Assembly (NCBI GenBank): GCA_044229845.1
Contig: JBGASG010000003.1
Span: forward strand, 416,001-480,000
Reading direction: 5' to 3'
Length of the DNA stretch: 64,000 nt
From: Candidatus Obscuribacteraceae bacterium
GTDB taxonomy: Bacteria > Cyanobacteriota > Vampirovibrionia > Obscuribacterales > Obscuribacteraceae
Shown here: piece after piece, positions 19,748 through 31,543 of the stretch
Position numbering within the stretch: position 1 is the stretch's first letter
Layout: every line of letters starts with the position of its first letter
The notes under the pieces: model-generated
The model's input: the letters and a program-made list of their open reading frames with translations, nothing else
The model's database searches: none
What the model was told of the DNA's origin: nothing
Program-made: the position numbers and the translations under genes

Positions 19748-20532
19748 TGTACAACAACAAACAGTGTGCGGTGATCGGCTGCGTGCACGTGCTGCCGCTG
19801 CCCGGGTCAGCCTCATATGGAGGCGACATGCAGGAGATCGTGCGCCTGGCGGTGAGCGATGCGCTTCTCTACGAACAGAACGGCATCGACGCGCTGATTA
19901 TCGAGAACATGCACGACACGCCTTATCTTAAAGGGCACGTCGAACCGGAAACAACCGCCGCCATGACGATGGTGGCGCAGGCAGTCAGAAGTGCCACCAC
20001 GGTTTCGCTCGGCATACAAATTCTGGCGGGCGCCAATCTGGAGGCGTTGGGTGTGGCGGTTGCCGCCGGACTCGACTTCATTCGCGTGGAAGGTTTTGTA
20101 TTTGCCCACGTAGCCGATGAGGGGCTGATACAGGCATCTGCGGCCAGCCTGATTCGCCGCCGAGCCCAGCTGCACGCAGAGCCGATAAAGATATTTGCGG
20201 ACATTAAGAAGAAACACTCCGCGCACGCCATTACAGGCGATGTCAGCCTGGTAGAAACTGCACACGCCGCCGAGTTCTTCAAAGCTGACGGTGTGATTGT
20301 AACCGGCAGCGCCACCGGTTACGCCCCTGATGCTGCGGAAGTGCGAGCGGTCAGGGCTGCCACCACCGGCAGTGTGCTGGTCGGCTCCGGAGTCAGCGCC
20401 GATAACATCGACTCATTCCGCTCTCACTGTCAGGGACTGATCGTCGGATCGTCGCTGAAGAAAGACGGAAAATGGTACAACCACGTCGACGCCGCGCGCG
20501 TGAAAGGCTTGATGGAGCGAGTACGAGTCTAG
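19747..20532 (+). CDS. btpA: BtpA/SgcQ family TIM-barrel protein
   Basis: IGCVHVLPLPGS, IENMHDTPY, ADIKKKHSAH, ADGVIVTG..TG, IVGSSLK.DG; TGATG overlap with kynB. Confidence 0.9.
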   Translation: MYNNKQCAVIGCVHVLPLPGSASYGGDMQEIVRLAVSDALLYEQNGIDALIIENMHDTPYLKGHVEPETTAAMTMVAQAVRSATTVSLGIQILAGANLEALGVAVAAGLDFIRVEGFVFAHVADEGLIQASAASLIRRRAQLHAEPIKIFADIKKKHSAHAITGDVSLVETAHAAEFFKADGVIVTGSATGYAPDAAEVRAVRAATTGSVLVGSGVSADNIDSFRSHCQGLIVGSSLKKDGKWYNHVDAARVKGLMERVRV

Positions 20533-20545
20533 TCGTTAGTTGCGC

Positions 20546-22087
20546 CTAGTCGTTCTTTTCGCTCTGAAAACGAGAGTGTTCTTTCCACAGTCCAGCCCAT
20601 TGATCGTTCTGTTTCTTGGGCGGAGCCGGTGTATGTTTCTTGGCCGAATTCACTGCAGCCAGCGACTTCGGCGGCACACGTTTGGGATGAACTACTTTGA
20701 TGGGAGTGGTGACAGTCACCTGCGCGCCGTTCTTCGGTGACACCGGTATAGTCGTAGTTAACGGCTTTTCAGTGCCGTTGGGCGTGGCATTTTTATCCGG
20801 TGTCTCGGCGGTAGGAGTGGTGGCGTCTGTAGTGCCGGGAGTGGTAGTAAATGTGGTGCCTGGGGACTGATGATTGGGTGTCGCTCCCGGCAAGGGTTGA
20901 GCGTCATTCTGATTGGGCGATGCGCTTTGCGCCGGCATCTTCATCTGCGGGCGACTGAGCGTCATCAAAAACAGACCGCCACCGATGACGGCTGCCGCAA
21001 TACCAGCTACCAGTCCCAGCATCATCATCTCTTTGCGCTGCTTTTCCTTGTCCTTGAGCATGCTTGGATCGGCAGGAATGGCGGCGCGCAAGAAGCCGCG
21101 ATCAGGTCGCGGTATCGCCATACGCAAGTCATTGGCCAGTTCGGACATCGTTTGCGGGCGCTGTTCAGGATCTTTGGATAGTGCCTTCAGAACTACAGCT
21201 TCGACCCGTTCTGGAATAAAGAGATCGGGACGCATTTCAGTAAATCGTTTGGGAGTTTCCTGTACATGCATCTGCATGGTTTCCACCATGTTTTTGCCGA
21301 GGAAAGGCAGTTTGCCGGTGAGCGTCTCATAGATCAAAACGCCCATCGAATAGATGTCGGAACGCGCGTCAAGCTCTTTGCCCAGACATTGTTCGGGGCT
21401 CATGTATACCGGACTGCCGCAAACTTCGCCGGCCTGCGTCAAGCTCTGCGCTTCCTGCGAGACTCCAGGTTGCATGACTTTGGCGACACCGAAGTCGACT
21501 ACTTTCACATAATCGACTTCGTCCTCGGCCGTAATCAACATGATGTTGGCCGGTTTCAAGTCGCGGTGGATGACACCATTTTTGTGAGCATGGTCCAGCG
21601 CATCGCAAGATTGGACGAGAATATTGATGGCGCGGTCGACTCCGACGTGGCCGTTTTCTTTGATCACCTGAGACAGAGCATGCCCGCGCAGGTAGTCCAT
21701 GACCATGAACGGCTGTCCGGTGTTGGTAAAACCGTGGTCATACATAGTGATAATGTGCGGGTGATTGAGCTTGCTGGCAGCTTGCGCTTCGCGAGTGAAG
21801 CGTTTGACGCTCATGCTGTCGGTCACCAGTGCGGCGCGCAGCATTTTGATCGCCACCTGTTTGTCCATCAGCTCGTGGTAGGCGAGGTAGACGACACCCA
21901 TGCCGCCCGTGCCGATGATTTCGCGAATTTGATAGTTATTGAGTTTGCGACCGACCCAGGGATCCGATGGCAGTGGCACGAGCATATTGCCGTCGTGCGG
22001 ACACACGCCGATGCCGCCTGGGAACTCTTCGCTACAGGCCATGCAAATTTTTCGGACTATGGTCCCTATCTGGTCGTCGTATGGCAC
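20546..22087 (-). CDS. Hanks-type Ser/Thr protein kinase with N-terminal zinc ribbon and one TM helix
   Basis: IGTGGMGVVY, VAIKM, HRDLKPAN, DFG, GSPVYMSPE; CxxC-x10-CPxD at the N-terminus; hydrophobic segment then Pro/Thr-rich tail. Confidence 0.93.
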   Translation of the reverse strand: MPYDDQIGTIVRKICMACSEEFPGGIGVCPHDGNMLVPLPSDPWVGRKLNNYQIREIIGTGGMGVVYLAYHELMDKQVAIKMLRAALVTDSMSVKRFTREAQAASKLNHPHIITMYDHGFTNTGQPFMVMDYLRGHALSQVIKENGHVGVDRAINILVQSCDALDHAHKNGVIHRDLKPANIMLITAEDEVDYVKVVDFGVAKVMQPGVSQEAQSLTQAGEVCGSPVYMSPEQCLGKELDARSDIYSMGVLIYETLTGKLPFLGKNMVETMQMHVQETPKRFTEMRPDLFIPERVEAVVLKALSKDPEQRPQTMSELANDLRMAIPRPDRGFLRAAIPADPSMLKDKEKQRKEMMMLGLVAGIAAAVIGGGLFLMTLSRPQMKMPAQSASPNQNDAQPLPGATPNHQSPGTTFTTTPGTTDATTPTAETPDKNATPNGTEKPLTTTIPVSPKNGAQVTVTTPIKVVHPKRVPPKSLAAVNSAKKHTPAPPKKQNDQWAGLWKEHSRFQSEKND

Positions 22088-22171
22088 TGAATGCGCACCC
22101 GGCGGGTCTCTAGTAACATAAACCGTTTTTAATGTACCCGGTTATCTTATCTAATAATCATGAGATCTAGC

Positions 22172-23494
22172 TTATTGAGCACATTTACTTTGATCAGACG
22201 CTGCCAGTTGTCCGGAGGAAACGGCTAAAACCGTGGCCCCATCGAGCCAAAACGGGTCGAAGTCCGATATGTGCGTGGTGGTGATAATAGACTGCATTTC
22301 TTTCCCGACCGCGGACATCAGCAGACCTTGCCGGAAAGTGTCCAACTCAGCCAGAACGTCGTCGAGGAGCAACACCGGCGCTTCGTCATAGGCTTCTCTC
22401 ACGCAGCCCAGTTCGGACAGCTTCAGAGCCAGCACCAGGCTGCGCTGCTGCCCCTGGCTGGCATAAGATGCAGCTTCGGCGTCATTGATCGCGAACGAAA
22501 TGTCGTCGCGATGCGGCCCGACAGTCGTCTGCTTGCGTCGGATCTCCAGGTGCCGCCTTTCCTTCAATAGCTTGAGGAGAAACCGCGCTATATCGGGCAG
22601 TTCGGCCTGCTGGACGTCCAGCCCGGCGGTGCAGGACGACTCACACCCTGAAGAGGCACTTTGCCCGGCTGATGAGTCACCAGCCCCCTGTGGCGCCACA
22701 TCCTCATCATCGTCGTCAAATTCAGAAGTATTTCGCGTGTTCGAGTTATCGGTCGAACGAAATATGTAGCCGGCGCTCAGCGTTTCTGTGCCGCGCGACA
22801 AGGTCCGCTGGTGCTCGGCGGCAACCGGCATAACGGCTGATAACAGATCGACCCTTTGCTTGATGATGCCGGCACCGAAGCGGGCCAACTGCTTATCCCA
22901 AACCAGAAGTTCGTCTTGGTCGGTGACCGTCACCTTGCCCTTCTCGAAGATGGTCTTGAGCAGTTTGTTTCTCTGAGCAAGAGTTTTGGCGTAATTCGCG
23001 TAGGTATCATGGAGGGCAGGGCGCAGCCGCATGGCAATTGAGTCTATCCAGTCGCGCCGATACTTAGGTCCGCCACGCAGAAGATTCAAATCGGTGGTCT
23101 TGAAGCTGACCGTAATCAAGGCGGTCGAGAGTGGACGCGCGTTGGGCTGAGTCACACCGTTCATTTTGACGGTCCGCTTCAGTCGCCCGCCTTTACTTCC
23201 GCCGGCGGTTCTGCCCTGCGGAACAGCTTTCGCCAACTCCAGTTCCAGGCTGTGATCGCCGTGCCTGGATACGACGTCCACGCGCACGCTCAAAGACGGC
23301 TTCCCCCAGAGGATCATTTCAGCGTCATTGTCAGCGCGAGTCGATTTGCCCAGTGAAATCAGTTCCATCGCTTCCAAGAAGTTGCTCTTTCCCTGGGCGT
23401 TTTCGCCGATGAGAATAGTTTTGCCCGCGGAAAGATCGATCTCGCAACTTTCGTAATTGCGAAAATTTTTCAGACTCACTTTGCGAACTCTCAC
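22172..23494 (-). CDS. recF: DNA replication and repair protein RecF
   Basis: LKNFRNY, GENAQGKSN (Walker A), GPHRDD, SQGQQR, LLLDDVLAELD. Confidence 0.96.
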   Translation of the reverse strand: MRVRKVSLKNFRNYESCEIDLSAGKTILIGENAQGKSNFLEAMELISLGKSTRADNDAEMILWGKPSLSVRVDVVSRHGDHSLELELAKAVPQGRTAGGSKGGRLKRTVKMNGVTQPNARPLSTALITVSFKTTDLNLLRGGPKYRRDWIDSIAMRLRPALHDTYANYAKTLAQRNKLLKTIFEKGKVTVTDQDELLVWDKQLARFGAGIIKQRVDLLSAVMPVAAEHQRTLSRGTETLSAGYIFRSTDNSNTRNTSEFDDDDEDVAPQGAGDSSAGQSASSGCESSCTAGLDVQQAELPDIARFLLKLLKERRHLEIRRKQTTVGPHRDDISFAINDAEAASYASQGQQRSLVLALKLSELGCVREAYDEAPVLLLDDVLAELDTFRQGLLMSAVGKEMQSIITTTHISDFDPFWLDGATVLAVSSGQLAASDQSKCAQ

Positions 23495-24462
23495 GCCGGC
23501 AGCCCATTCAGGGTGGATGCGCGCGTCGACACCGGATTGGCGCTCATGTAATTCCTGGCGTTTTGCGCGTCTTGCTGAATCTGTCCGCGAAGCTCATCAA
23601 CACCTGAGAACCTCTGTTCCGGACGCAGATACTTCCAGAGCTCAACTTGCAGAACTTGCTCGTAAATGTCTTGCGCGAAGTCGAAGATATGCACTTCTGT
23701 CACCGGTCGCGACTCGCTTTCGAAGGTCGGCCGCACACCTATATTGATGACGCAATCGTGTTTAGTTCCGTCTTGCAAAATGGCTCGACCCGCATAAACA
23801 CCCAGTGCAGGCATGACAAGCTCCGGGACCACCGCCAGATTTGCGGTCGGAAATCCGATCGTGCGGCCGCGCCCTTCTCCTTTTATGACACGTCCCATCA
23901 CCGAATAGGGACGCCGCAACAACTCCATGGACAGCTCGGTCTGTCCCGAAAGCAGAGCCTCGCGAATGCGCGAACTCGAGACCTCCGAGCCGCCGATGAT
24001 CACTTCCTCCGCGACATGTACCGTGTAGTCGAACTTGCTCGCTCCCAGCTCGGCAAGCAATTGCGGAGTGCCTATACGATTGCGTCCGAATCGATGATTG
24101 AAGCCAACAGAAAGCGACTTGGCGCCCATCGCCTCCACCAATACCGTGCGCACGTAATCTTCCGGGTCGAGGCGGCACAGCTCTTCCGTGAAGGAAAGAA
24201 CCAGCGCTGCCTGCACTCCAAAATGCGCGAAAAGCTCCAATCTTTGTGACAGCGTTGTCAGCAACGGTGGCGACTTCCCGAGCGTCAGTGCCCGCGGATG
24301 CTCTTTAAAGGTAATGACTGCGGGTATGGCACTCAGCCGCTCCGCTTCTTCCACCGCTTTGCGAATGACAACCTGATGCCCCGGGTGCACGCCGTCGAAA
24401 AAGCCCAGCGCAAGGGCTGACTTATCAAGCAATCCAGGTTTGATTTCGTAAAATGTGTCCAA
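23491..24462 (-). CDS. ribF: Bifunctional riboflavin kinase / FAD synthetase
   Basis: LGFFDGVHPGHQ, VSSSRIR, GRTIGFPTAN, NIGVRPTF, EVHIFDF. Start uncertain: TTG at 24462 preferred over the ORF maximum 24621. Confidence 0.94.
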   Translation of the reverse strand: MDTFYEIKPGLLDKSALALGFFDGVHPGHQVVIRKAVEEAERLSAIPAVITFKEHPRALTLGKSPPLLTTLSQRLELFAHFGVQAALVLSFTEELCRLDPEDYVRTVLVEAMGAKSLSVGFNHRFGRNRIGTPQLLAELGASKFDYTVHVAEEVIIGGSEVSSSRIREALLSGQTELSMELLRRPYSVMGRVIKGEGRGRTIGFPTANLAVVPELVMPALGVYAGRAILQDGTKHDCVINIGVRPTFESESRPVTEVHIFDFAQDIYEQVLQVELWKYLRPEQRFSGVDELRGQIQQDAQNARNYMSANPVSTRASTLNGLPA

Positions 24463-24716
24463 AAATGGCCTGCTGGCGATTTGTCGCAACGCGGAACCCG
24501 GTGACAATTTTACACTGAAAGCCCTGCCGCGCCCTTCCACGTATTCAACCGCAAAGCGGTATGAACTGTTACGCAGAATCTTTGTGTGAGACGCTAAAAA
24601 GGCGCATCGTAAGCTGATCATGTTAAAATGCAGAGGTGGTTTTCGGACACGAAAGTGACTCTTTCGATACCCCTGAAACGCTCATCCGATACGCGTTCGG
24701 GGATATCTCTTGGTGA

Positions 24717-26795
<2,079 letters not shown>

Positions 26796-26805
26796 GGGTT
26801 CGTCT

Positions 26806-28740
26806 TTATCGCTGAGGTTTCCGTTTAAGGAGTCCACCTGGTGTGGTTACTTCCTTAGTGGTGCGTGCAAGTATGGACTGCAGGCTCTCATCCGGGTGAA
26901 TCTCCGGAATCATGTGCAGTTGCCGGCTGATCATAAGACGCAGCAGTGTACCTAATTGACGCTTCAAGCCATCGGGGTGATGTTCCAAGCCTCGCAAGGT
27001 GACATGTTCGCGGTCGCCCCCTTTGCGCTCTTCCAGAAGACAGGCTTCAGCCGTTTCATACAGCTTCGGATCGAGGTTCAGATTCTTGATCAGGAAATGA
27101 ATCAACCACGCGGAGAAGTTATCAACGTACGGCGCATAATCTGATGCTTTTCGCTTGGGATGCTGAAATCCTGGATGTCCCAACTCCGGACTGCCCAATC
27201 TCGAAAGCTCCGGCAAGAACATGCTGTCGTAATCGATAATCTTGAGGTCGTGATTGGACACCATCAGATTGCCGAATTCCAGGTCACCATGCGCGATACC
27301 AGCGGAGCGCAGCGTGCGAGCCATGAGCATAAACTGATCAGCCAGATAGCTTACCAGTCCATCCGATCTGACTCGATCGGACAACTCGTTGATCGCCCGA
27401 CCGTCAATCCAGCTCATCTTGAGGAGCGGATACCACTGCCCCTCTACGCTGATGCCGCGCGGAAGATACTCGAAGTCCACCATAAATTCGCGAATTGGGC
27501 CTTGCAGCGAACGCGACAATGCCTCGTATCTTTCTCTGCGATTGGGCACGTCGCTCATAAAACACTTCACTGCCACATGCCGGTTGGGGCAGCGAAAATG
27601 GTAAACGCGTCCCATGGTGCCGACGCGGGTATCTTCCAGTATGCACGATCCTTGTTTTAGCTCGGCGTCTTGAAAGTTTGCCTCAGGCGATTTCACGGCC
27701 TCGTTGAATTGTCTGAACCCTGGATAAGCAGGAGCGCCGACAGACGCAGACTGCGGGCCGGCTTGAGTGGACTGCGTTGTCTGAGCGGACTGTTCCTTTT
27801 GACTGAGCCAGCGCGGGGTGACGATGGTGCTGCGGATGGGTTGCAGACCCACCTGCTGCTGCGTCCAATCGAACAGGCTGGGCACCTTATCTGGTGGCAG
27901 GTCGCAAAGTTCTCGTAATTTTCGCGCCGCTGAACGAATTTCGGCAGAACTATGCGCTTCCAGCAATGCGAACGTATAGGATGCCGTGGGATTACCAAAA
28001 TCGAAACTGCGAAAAAGCAAACACTCATCGCCGGCGCCCAGTTTCTGCCAGAGCGTGCCGTCCAGCTGAAGACAGTGCAGTGATGTGTAAATCACCCACG
28101 ACGAGAAATTGTCAAGGCCCGGACCGAAGTGCGATTGGCTGCGCGCCGGGTGCTGGTAATTGGGATGACCCAACTCGATGCTGCTGAAGCCTGCCAGTGC
28201 CGGTACGAATGAGCCGTCGTAATCGAGCAGTCGCAGTCCTTGTTTCGTCACAAAGATGTTGCCGTGGTGCAAATCACCATGAGCCATGCCGTTGGTTTGC
28301 AGACGCTGGCACATCTGCCTGAACATACGGGCAACATCAGCCACCGTGCCGAAATCATTCGTATTGCGATGGATGTACCAATCAATTGGATAACCATCGA
28401 CCCAATCCATTTTGACGATCGGAAACCACTCACCCTCGACCTTGATACCTCTGTCGAGATACTTGAAGCCGATCGTATTCTCCATGCAAAACTGCGCCAG
28501 GTGCTTTTGAATCTCAGCGTAGCGATGCGCCTGGTCCGAGTTATTGCGCAAGAAACATTTGATTGCCCAACTCTTGAGCGGTCCCTTCACCCGATAGATG
28601 CAGGCGAAGTTACCGGTAATCGTCTCGGGGATGCCCGCCGAGATATGCCGGTCGGCCGAGCCCGATGCCAGTTCCGGATCATCGAAATTGTCCGGCAAGA
28701 GCACTGCTCGCGAATATTCGTTCGGGCCTGGCCAGGGCAT
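26806..28740 (-). CDS. Protein with two tandem atypical protein-kinase-like domains
   Basis: Domain 1: WAIKCF, HGDLHHGN, LLDYDG, ELGHPNYQHP. Domain 2: VAVKCF, HGDLEFGN, IIDYDS, ELGHPGFQHP. A Gln/Ser-rich linker joins them. Confidence 0.85.
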   Translation of the reverse strand: MPWPGPNEYSRAVLLPDNFDDPELASGSADRHISAGIPETITGNFACIYRVKGPLKSWAIKCFLRNNSDQAHRYAEIQKHLAQFCMENTIGFKYLDRGIKVEGEWFPIVKMDWVDGYPIDWYIHRNTNDFGTVADVARMFRQMCQRLQTNGMAHGDLHHGNIFVTKQGLRLLDYDGSFVPALAGFSSIELGHPNYQHPARSQSHFGPGLDNFSSWVIYTSLHCLQLDGTLWQKLGAGDECLLFRSFDFGNPTASYTFALLEAHSSAEIRSAARKLRELCDLPPDKVPSLFDWTQQQVGLQPIRSTIVTPRWLSQKEQSAQTTQSTQAGPQSASVGAPAYPGFRQFNEAVKSPEANFQDAELKQGSCILEDTRVGTMGRVYHFRCPNRHVAVKCFMSDVPNRRERYEALSRSLQGPIREFMVDFEYLPRGISVEGQWYPLLKMSWIDGRAINELSDRVRSDGLVSYLADQFMLMARTLRSAGIAHGDLEFGNLMVSNHDLKIIDYDSMFLPELSRLGSPELGHPGFQHPKRKASDYAPYVDNFSAWLIHFLIKNLNLDPKLYETAEACLLEERKGGDREHVTLRGLEHHPDGLKRQLGTLLRLMISRQLHMIPEIHPDESLQSILARTTKEVTTPGGLLKRKPQR

Positions 28741-28801
28741 AGAGGAGTTCCAACTGGTGGATTAAATATACCCGCTACGGCTTGCAAATCAGCCTCCGGT
28801 C

Positions 28802-28829
28802 GACACGCGAAAAACATCCGTTCTTCGCG
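28802..28829 (-). repeat. Dispersed 28-bp intergenic pseudo-palindrome, copy 5
   Basis: Minus strand CGCGAAGAAC-GGAT-GTTTTTCGCGTGTC. Confidence 0.85.
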
Positions 28830-28845
28830 GTCGTCGAGCTTTCGA

Positions 28846-28937
28846 TTGAAGCGCGGGCGTTCCGCCTGCCGAGGATCTTGCTGCTTTTCGGACGCAGCTG
28901 CTGCGCCCCCTTGACCGGCGGAACGCCCGCGCCTCAA
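28846..28937. repeat. REPIN/MITE-like element: 21-bp inverted repeats around a 50-bp spacer
   Basis: TTGAAGCGCGGGCGTTCCGCC (28846-28866) matches the reverse complement of GGCGGAACGCCCGCGCCTCAA (28917-28937) at 20/21; the left arm forms its own GCGGGCG-TTC-CGCCTGC hairpin. Confidence 0.7.
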
Positions 28938-28949
28938 CCTCAATTCAAC

Positions 28950-30032
28950 CTATCCGACATTGGTCTTTGGCACCGAATGTCCTTGAGCATCTTTGTCCGC
29001 GAAGGACCGTCCTTGCCGCGGCGGAATCTTAATTTGCACCGCACCTGGTACTACTTCTACGTGCATCGGCGTAAAACCACACCGATCCCCGTCTACCATG
29101 GCGACCAACTCCTGGCGTGACTCCGGAACCGCAGGCGTTTTACCGACGAACAATTTTTGCCAGCCATCCAGAATTCGCTGCCACCACGATGGCGGTCGCG
29201 GAATCGGGCGCGTTTCGATATTGACACTGCGCACTTTGCGTACTGTATAAGGCGGTTCGCCATCCGCCATCCCGCCAAGAAACCAGCCGCCAAAGCGTGC
29301 AGTAATTCGCCAGTAATCGCGAAGAGTTTTTGGATGCAGAATGCATAAATCCAATTCGCCGTCGGAAATCTGTGCGAATCCTCTGGTTCCGATGCCCATT
29401 TCGTCCGCGTTCGTAATGAAGATACCCGACGCTGCCACGACGAATTCTTCTCCATCGGCATTGATGTGGAAGACACCAGGACGCTTGCGCATTGACTGCA
29501 ACAACGGCGCCACATAGGCGAACATTTTCAGGCGCCTTTTCTGTTCCGGCTTAGGAGCGATTATGGCGTTTGAAATGGGACCCACACCGGCATCAATACA
29601 GAAATAGGTATCGTTCATTTTTCCAAGGTCGACTGCCACCACTTCGCCGCTCAGCATGATGTCAATAGCGCGATTTACCGGATCGACCATGCCGCCACCG
29701 AATAGACCGAGATAGCGGGCGAACAGATTACCGGTGCCGACCGGCACGATGGCCACCGGCGGCTGTTTTGCTTGCGTTTGCGATTTGACCTGGGCCACCG
29801 CCGACAGCACCTGGCGAATGGTGCCATCACCACCAACCGCCACTACCAGATCCGCATCAACGATATCGTGGCTGGTGACGCCTGACTGCAACGAACGCAC
29901 GCGGGCGACATAGGGCGACTCTTCGCACAGTCGCCTGACTATGGTGCCCAGAACATTGTCCAGACAGAAGTCGTCGGCACGTCCGGCCCGGTGGTGATAA
30001 ACAATGAGAGCTTCTTTCGCGCCCCGTTCCAT
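28950..30032 (-). CDS. Diacylglycerol/lipid kinase family protein (YegS/DAGK-like)
   Basis: VAVGGDGT, VPVGTGNLFAR, DLGKMN, DGELD, VDGD; start at MERGAK after GAGGA. Confidence 0.88.
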   Translation of the reverse strand: MERGAKEALIVYHHRAGRADDFCLDNVLGTIVRRLCEESPYVARVRSLQSGVTSHDIVDADLVVAVGGDGTIRQVLSAVAQVKSQTQAKQPPVAIVPVGTGNLFARYLGLFGGGMVDPVNRAIDIMLSGEVVAVDLGKMNDTYFCIDAGVGPISNAIIAPKPEQKRRLKMFAYVAPLLQSMRKRPGVFHINADGEEFVVAASGIFITNADEMGIGTRGFAQISDGELDLCILHPKTLRDYWRITARFGGWFLGGMADGEPPYTVRKVRSVNIETRPIPRPPSWWQRILDGWQKLFVGKTPAVPESRQELVAMVDGDRCGFTPMHVEVVPGAVQIKIPPRQGRSFADKDAQGHSVPKTNVG

Positions 30033-30132
30033 GGATCGGTCCTCGGTAAACAGCCAATGGCGACAGAAAAAGCTCGTCCATTGTTCCCTGATCGCGGAAA
30101 GCCTCCCGGCCGCCAAACCAGACAAGACCAGA

Positions 30133-30160
30133 CGCGCAATTTGGATGTTTTTCGCGTGTT
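30133..30160 (+). repeat. Dispersed 28-bp intergenic pseudo-palindrome, copy 6
   Basis: CGCGCAATTT-GGAT-GTTTTTCGCGTGTT. Confidence 0.85.
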
Positions 30161-30186
30161 GAGGTCAGTAGTTCAGCCCCATGCGG

Positions 30187-30810
30187 TCAGGCGGTACCAC
30201 CTGCAGTATCGTCCGTTTTATTGGCGCTGTTGTGCACTTTAAACATCTCGCCGGCCCGCCGTGAATAGTGCCAGAGCACCCATTTGAAGTGGCGAATGCG
30301 AAATCTGTGGAAGCCGCACTTTTTCATTTCCTGATATGCAGCTTTGACCGTCCAGCCCTCCCTAGCCATGCGAAACAACGCTACCAACAAGCCAGTGCGA
30401 TCGCTGCCATGGAAACAGTGGACAAATATGGGACGCCTTTCCGGATCGTCTACATAAGCAAAGAAACGATCGATGGTTTTGGCATTGGGGAGAGTCCAAT
30501 AATTGAGCGGCATACTGATAAATTCCATGCCCTCAGCCTCGACAGCTTGCCGTTCGGCCTCAGCAGAACGCGCGCCCCAGCGAAACGAGATGACGGTCTT
30601 CACACCACGGCGAGACAGTTCACGAAAGCCGTCGTGCGTGGGCTGACCGCCTCTGAACAACCACGGCGTGACCTGGTGGAAGTTGCGCACGCTCGATGCG
30701 TCCGAATGAACCGGCAGCGCCTGCTCAACAAAGGCCGCGGTTGGCTGAGGATTCTGCTCAGCGGACGGATTTTCTGAATTGTCGGATTCAGGAGTTTCGG
30801 CTCGATTCAT
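30187..30810 (-). CDS. Cys-based dual-specificity / tyrosine phosphatase (Siw14-like)
   Basis: NFHQV, LFRGGQP, VHCFHGSDRTG CX5R motif. Confidence 0.9.
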   Translation of the reverse strand: MNRAETPESDNSENPSAEQNPQPTAAFVEQALPVHSDASSVRNFHQVTPWLFRGGQPTHDGFRELSRRGVKTVISFRWGARSAEAERQAVEAEGMEFISMPLNYWTLPNAKTIDRFFAYVDDPERRPIFVHCFHGSDRTGLLVALFRMAREGWTVKAAYQEMKKCGFHRFRIRHFKWVLWHYSRRAGEMFKVHNSANKTDDTAGGTA

Positions 30811-31073
30811 TTTGCGCGTCAGTTGGCTGTCCCATAATCATAACCGCTATAGAGCGAAACCCGGTAGCAGTCGGCATCTAATGCTCGAGTTCAGGATGAA
30901 ATGTCTTCATGAATGCTGGTGTAGGGAACAAAGTCATCGCTTTTTACTTCGTCCTATGTCTGGACGCACGCCGCGTCTGGGACTATAGTTTCCCTTACAG
31001 CGACTAATAGTTATCCATTTACAACTCGCCCATATAATTTCGTCTGGACACTCGGCGACCCTGGCATCAAAAA

Positions 31074-31526
31074 ATGATTCGACCTCTGACAAAACAGCGC
31101 ATTACTCTCATCATCGAAACACTCGATCAGATGTTGCGCGCCAAAAAATTCACCGGACAGCGCGGACTGATGGCGGGTGACTTGCGTGATGACTACCTGC
31201 GTTTGGTCGATTTGTATCGAGTAGTCCAGGCAGGCGGAGCAAAAGCGATGCTTTATCGCATGGAAACCGGGCATCGCCTCATGTCTCCCGATTACTTTGC
31301 CGACATAAGTGCGGAGCTGCTCAACCCTGAAGACAGAAAGACCCACTGGGATGGAGTGAGTACCGCTTCGCTGAGCACCTTATTGCGCACTATCACTGCT
31401 GCTGAAGAAGACGCGGTCACTCAAATGAGCCCCGACCTTCAGAAGTTTCTCAAAACTGTGAAAAGCGCTCAAATGCCGATCGACGTTCAGGGAATCGTCA
31501 ACGATGCGGCACGCAAATTGACATAG
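31074..31526 (+). CDS. Hypothetical protein
   Basis: 150-aa ORF with protein-like composition filling the gap and ending 17 bp before the next gene; no recognisable motif. Confidence 0.7.
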   Translation: MIRPLTKQRITLIIETLDQMLRAKKFTGQRGLMAGDLRDDYLRLVDLYRVVQAGGAKAMLYRMETGHRLMSPDYFADISAELLNPEDRKTHWDGVSTASLSTLLRTITAAEEDAVTQMSPDLQKFLKTVKSAQMPIDVQGIVNDAARKLT

Positions 31527-31543
31527 AGTCTTCTCAACCACAA

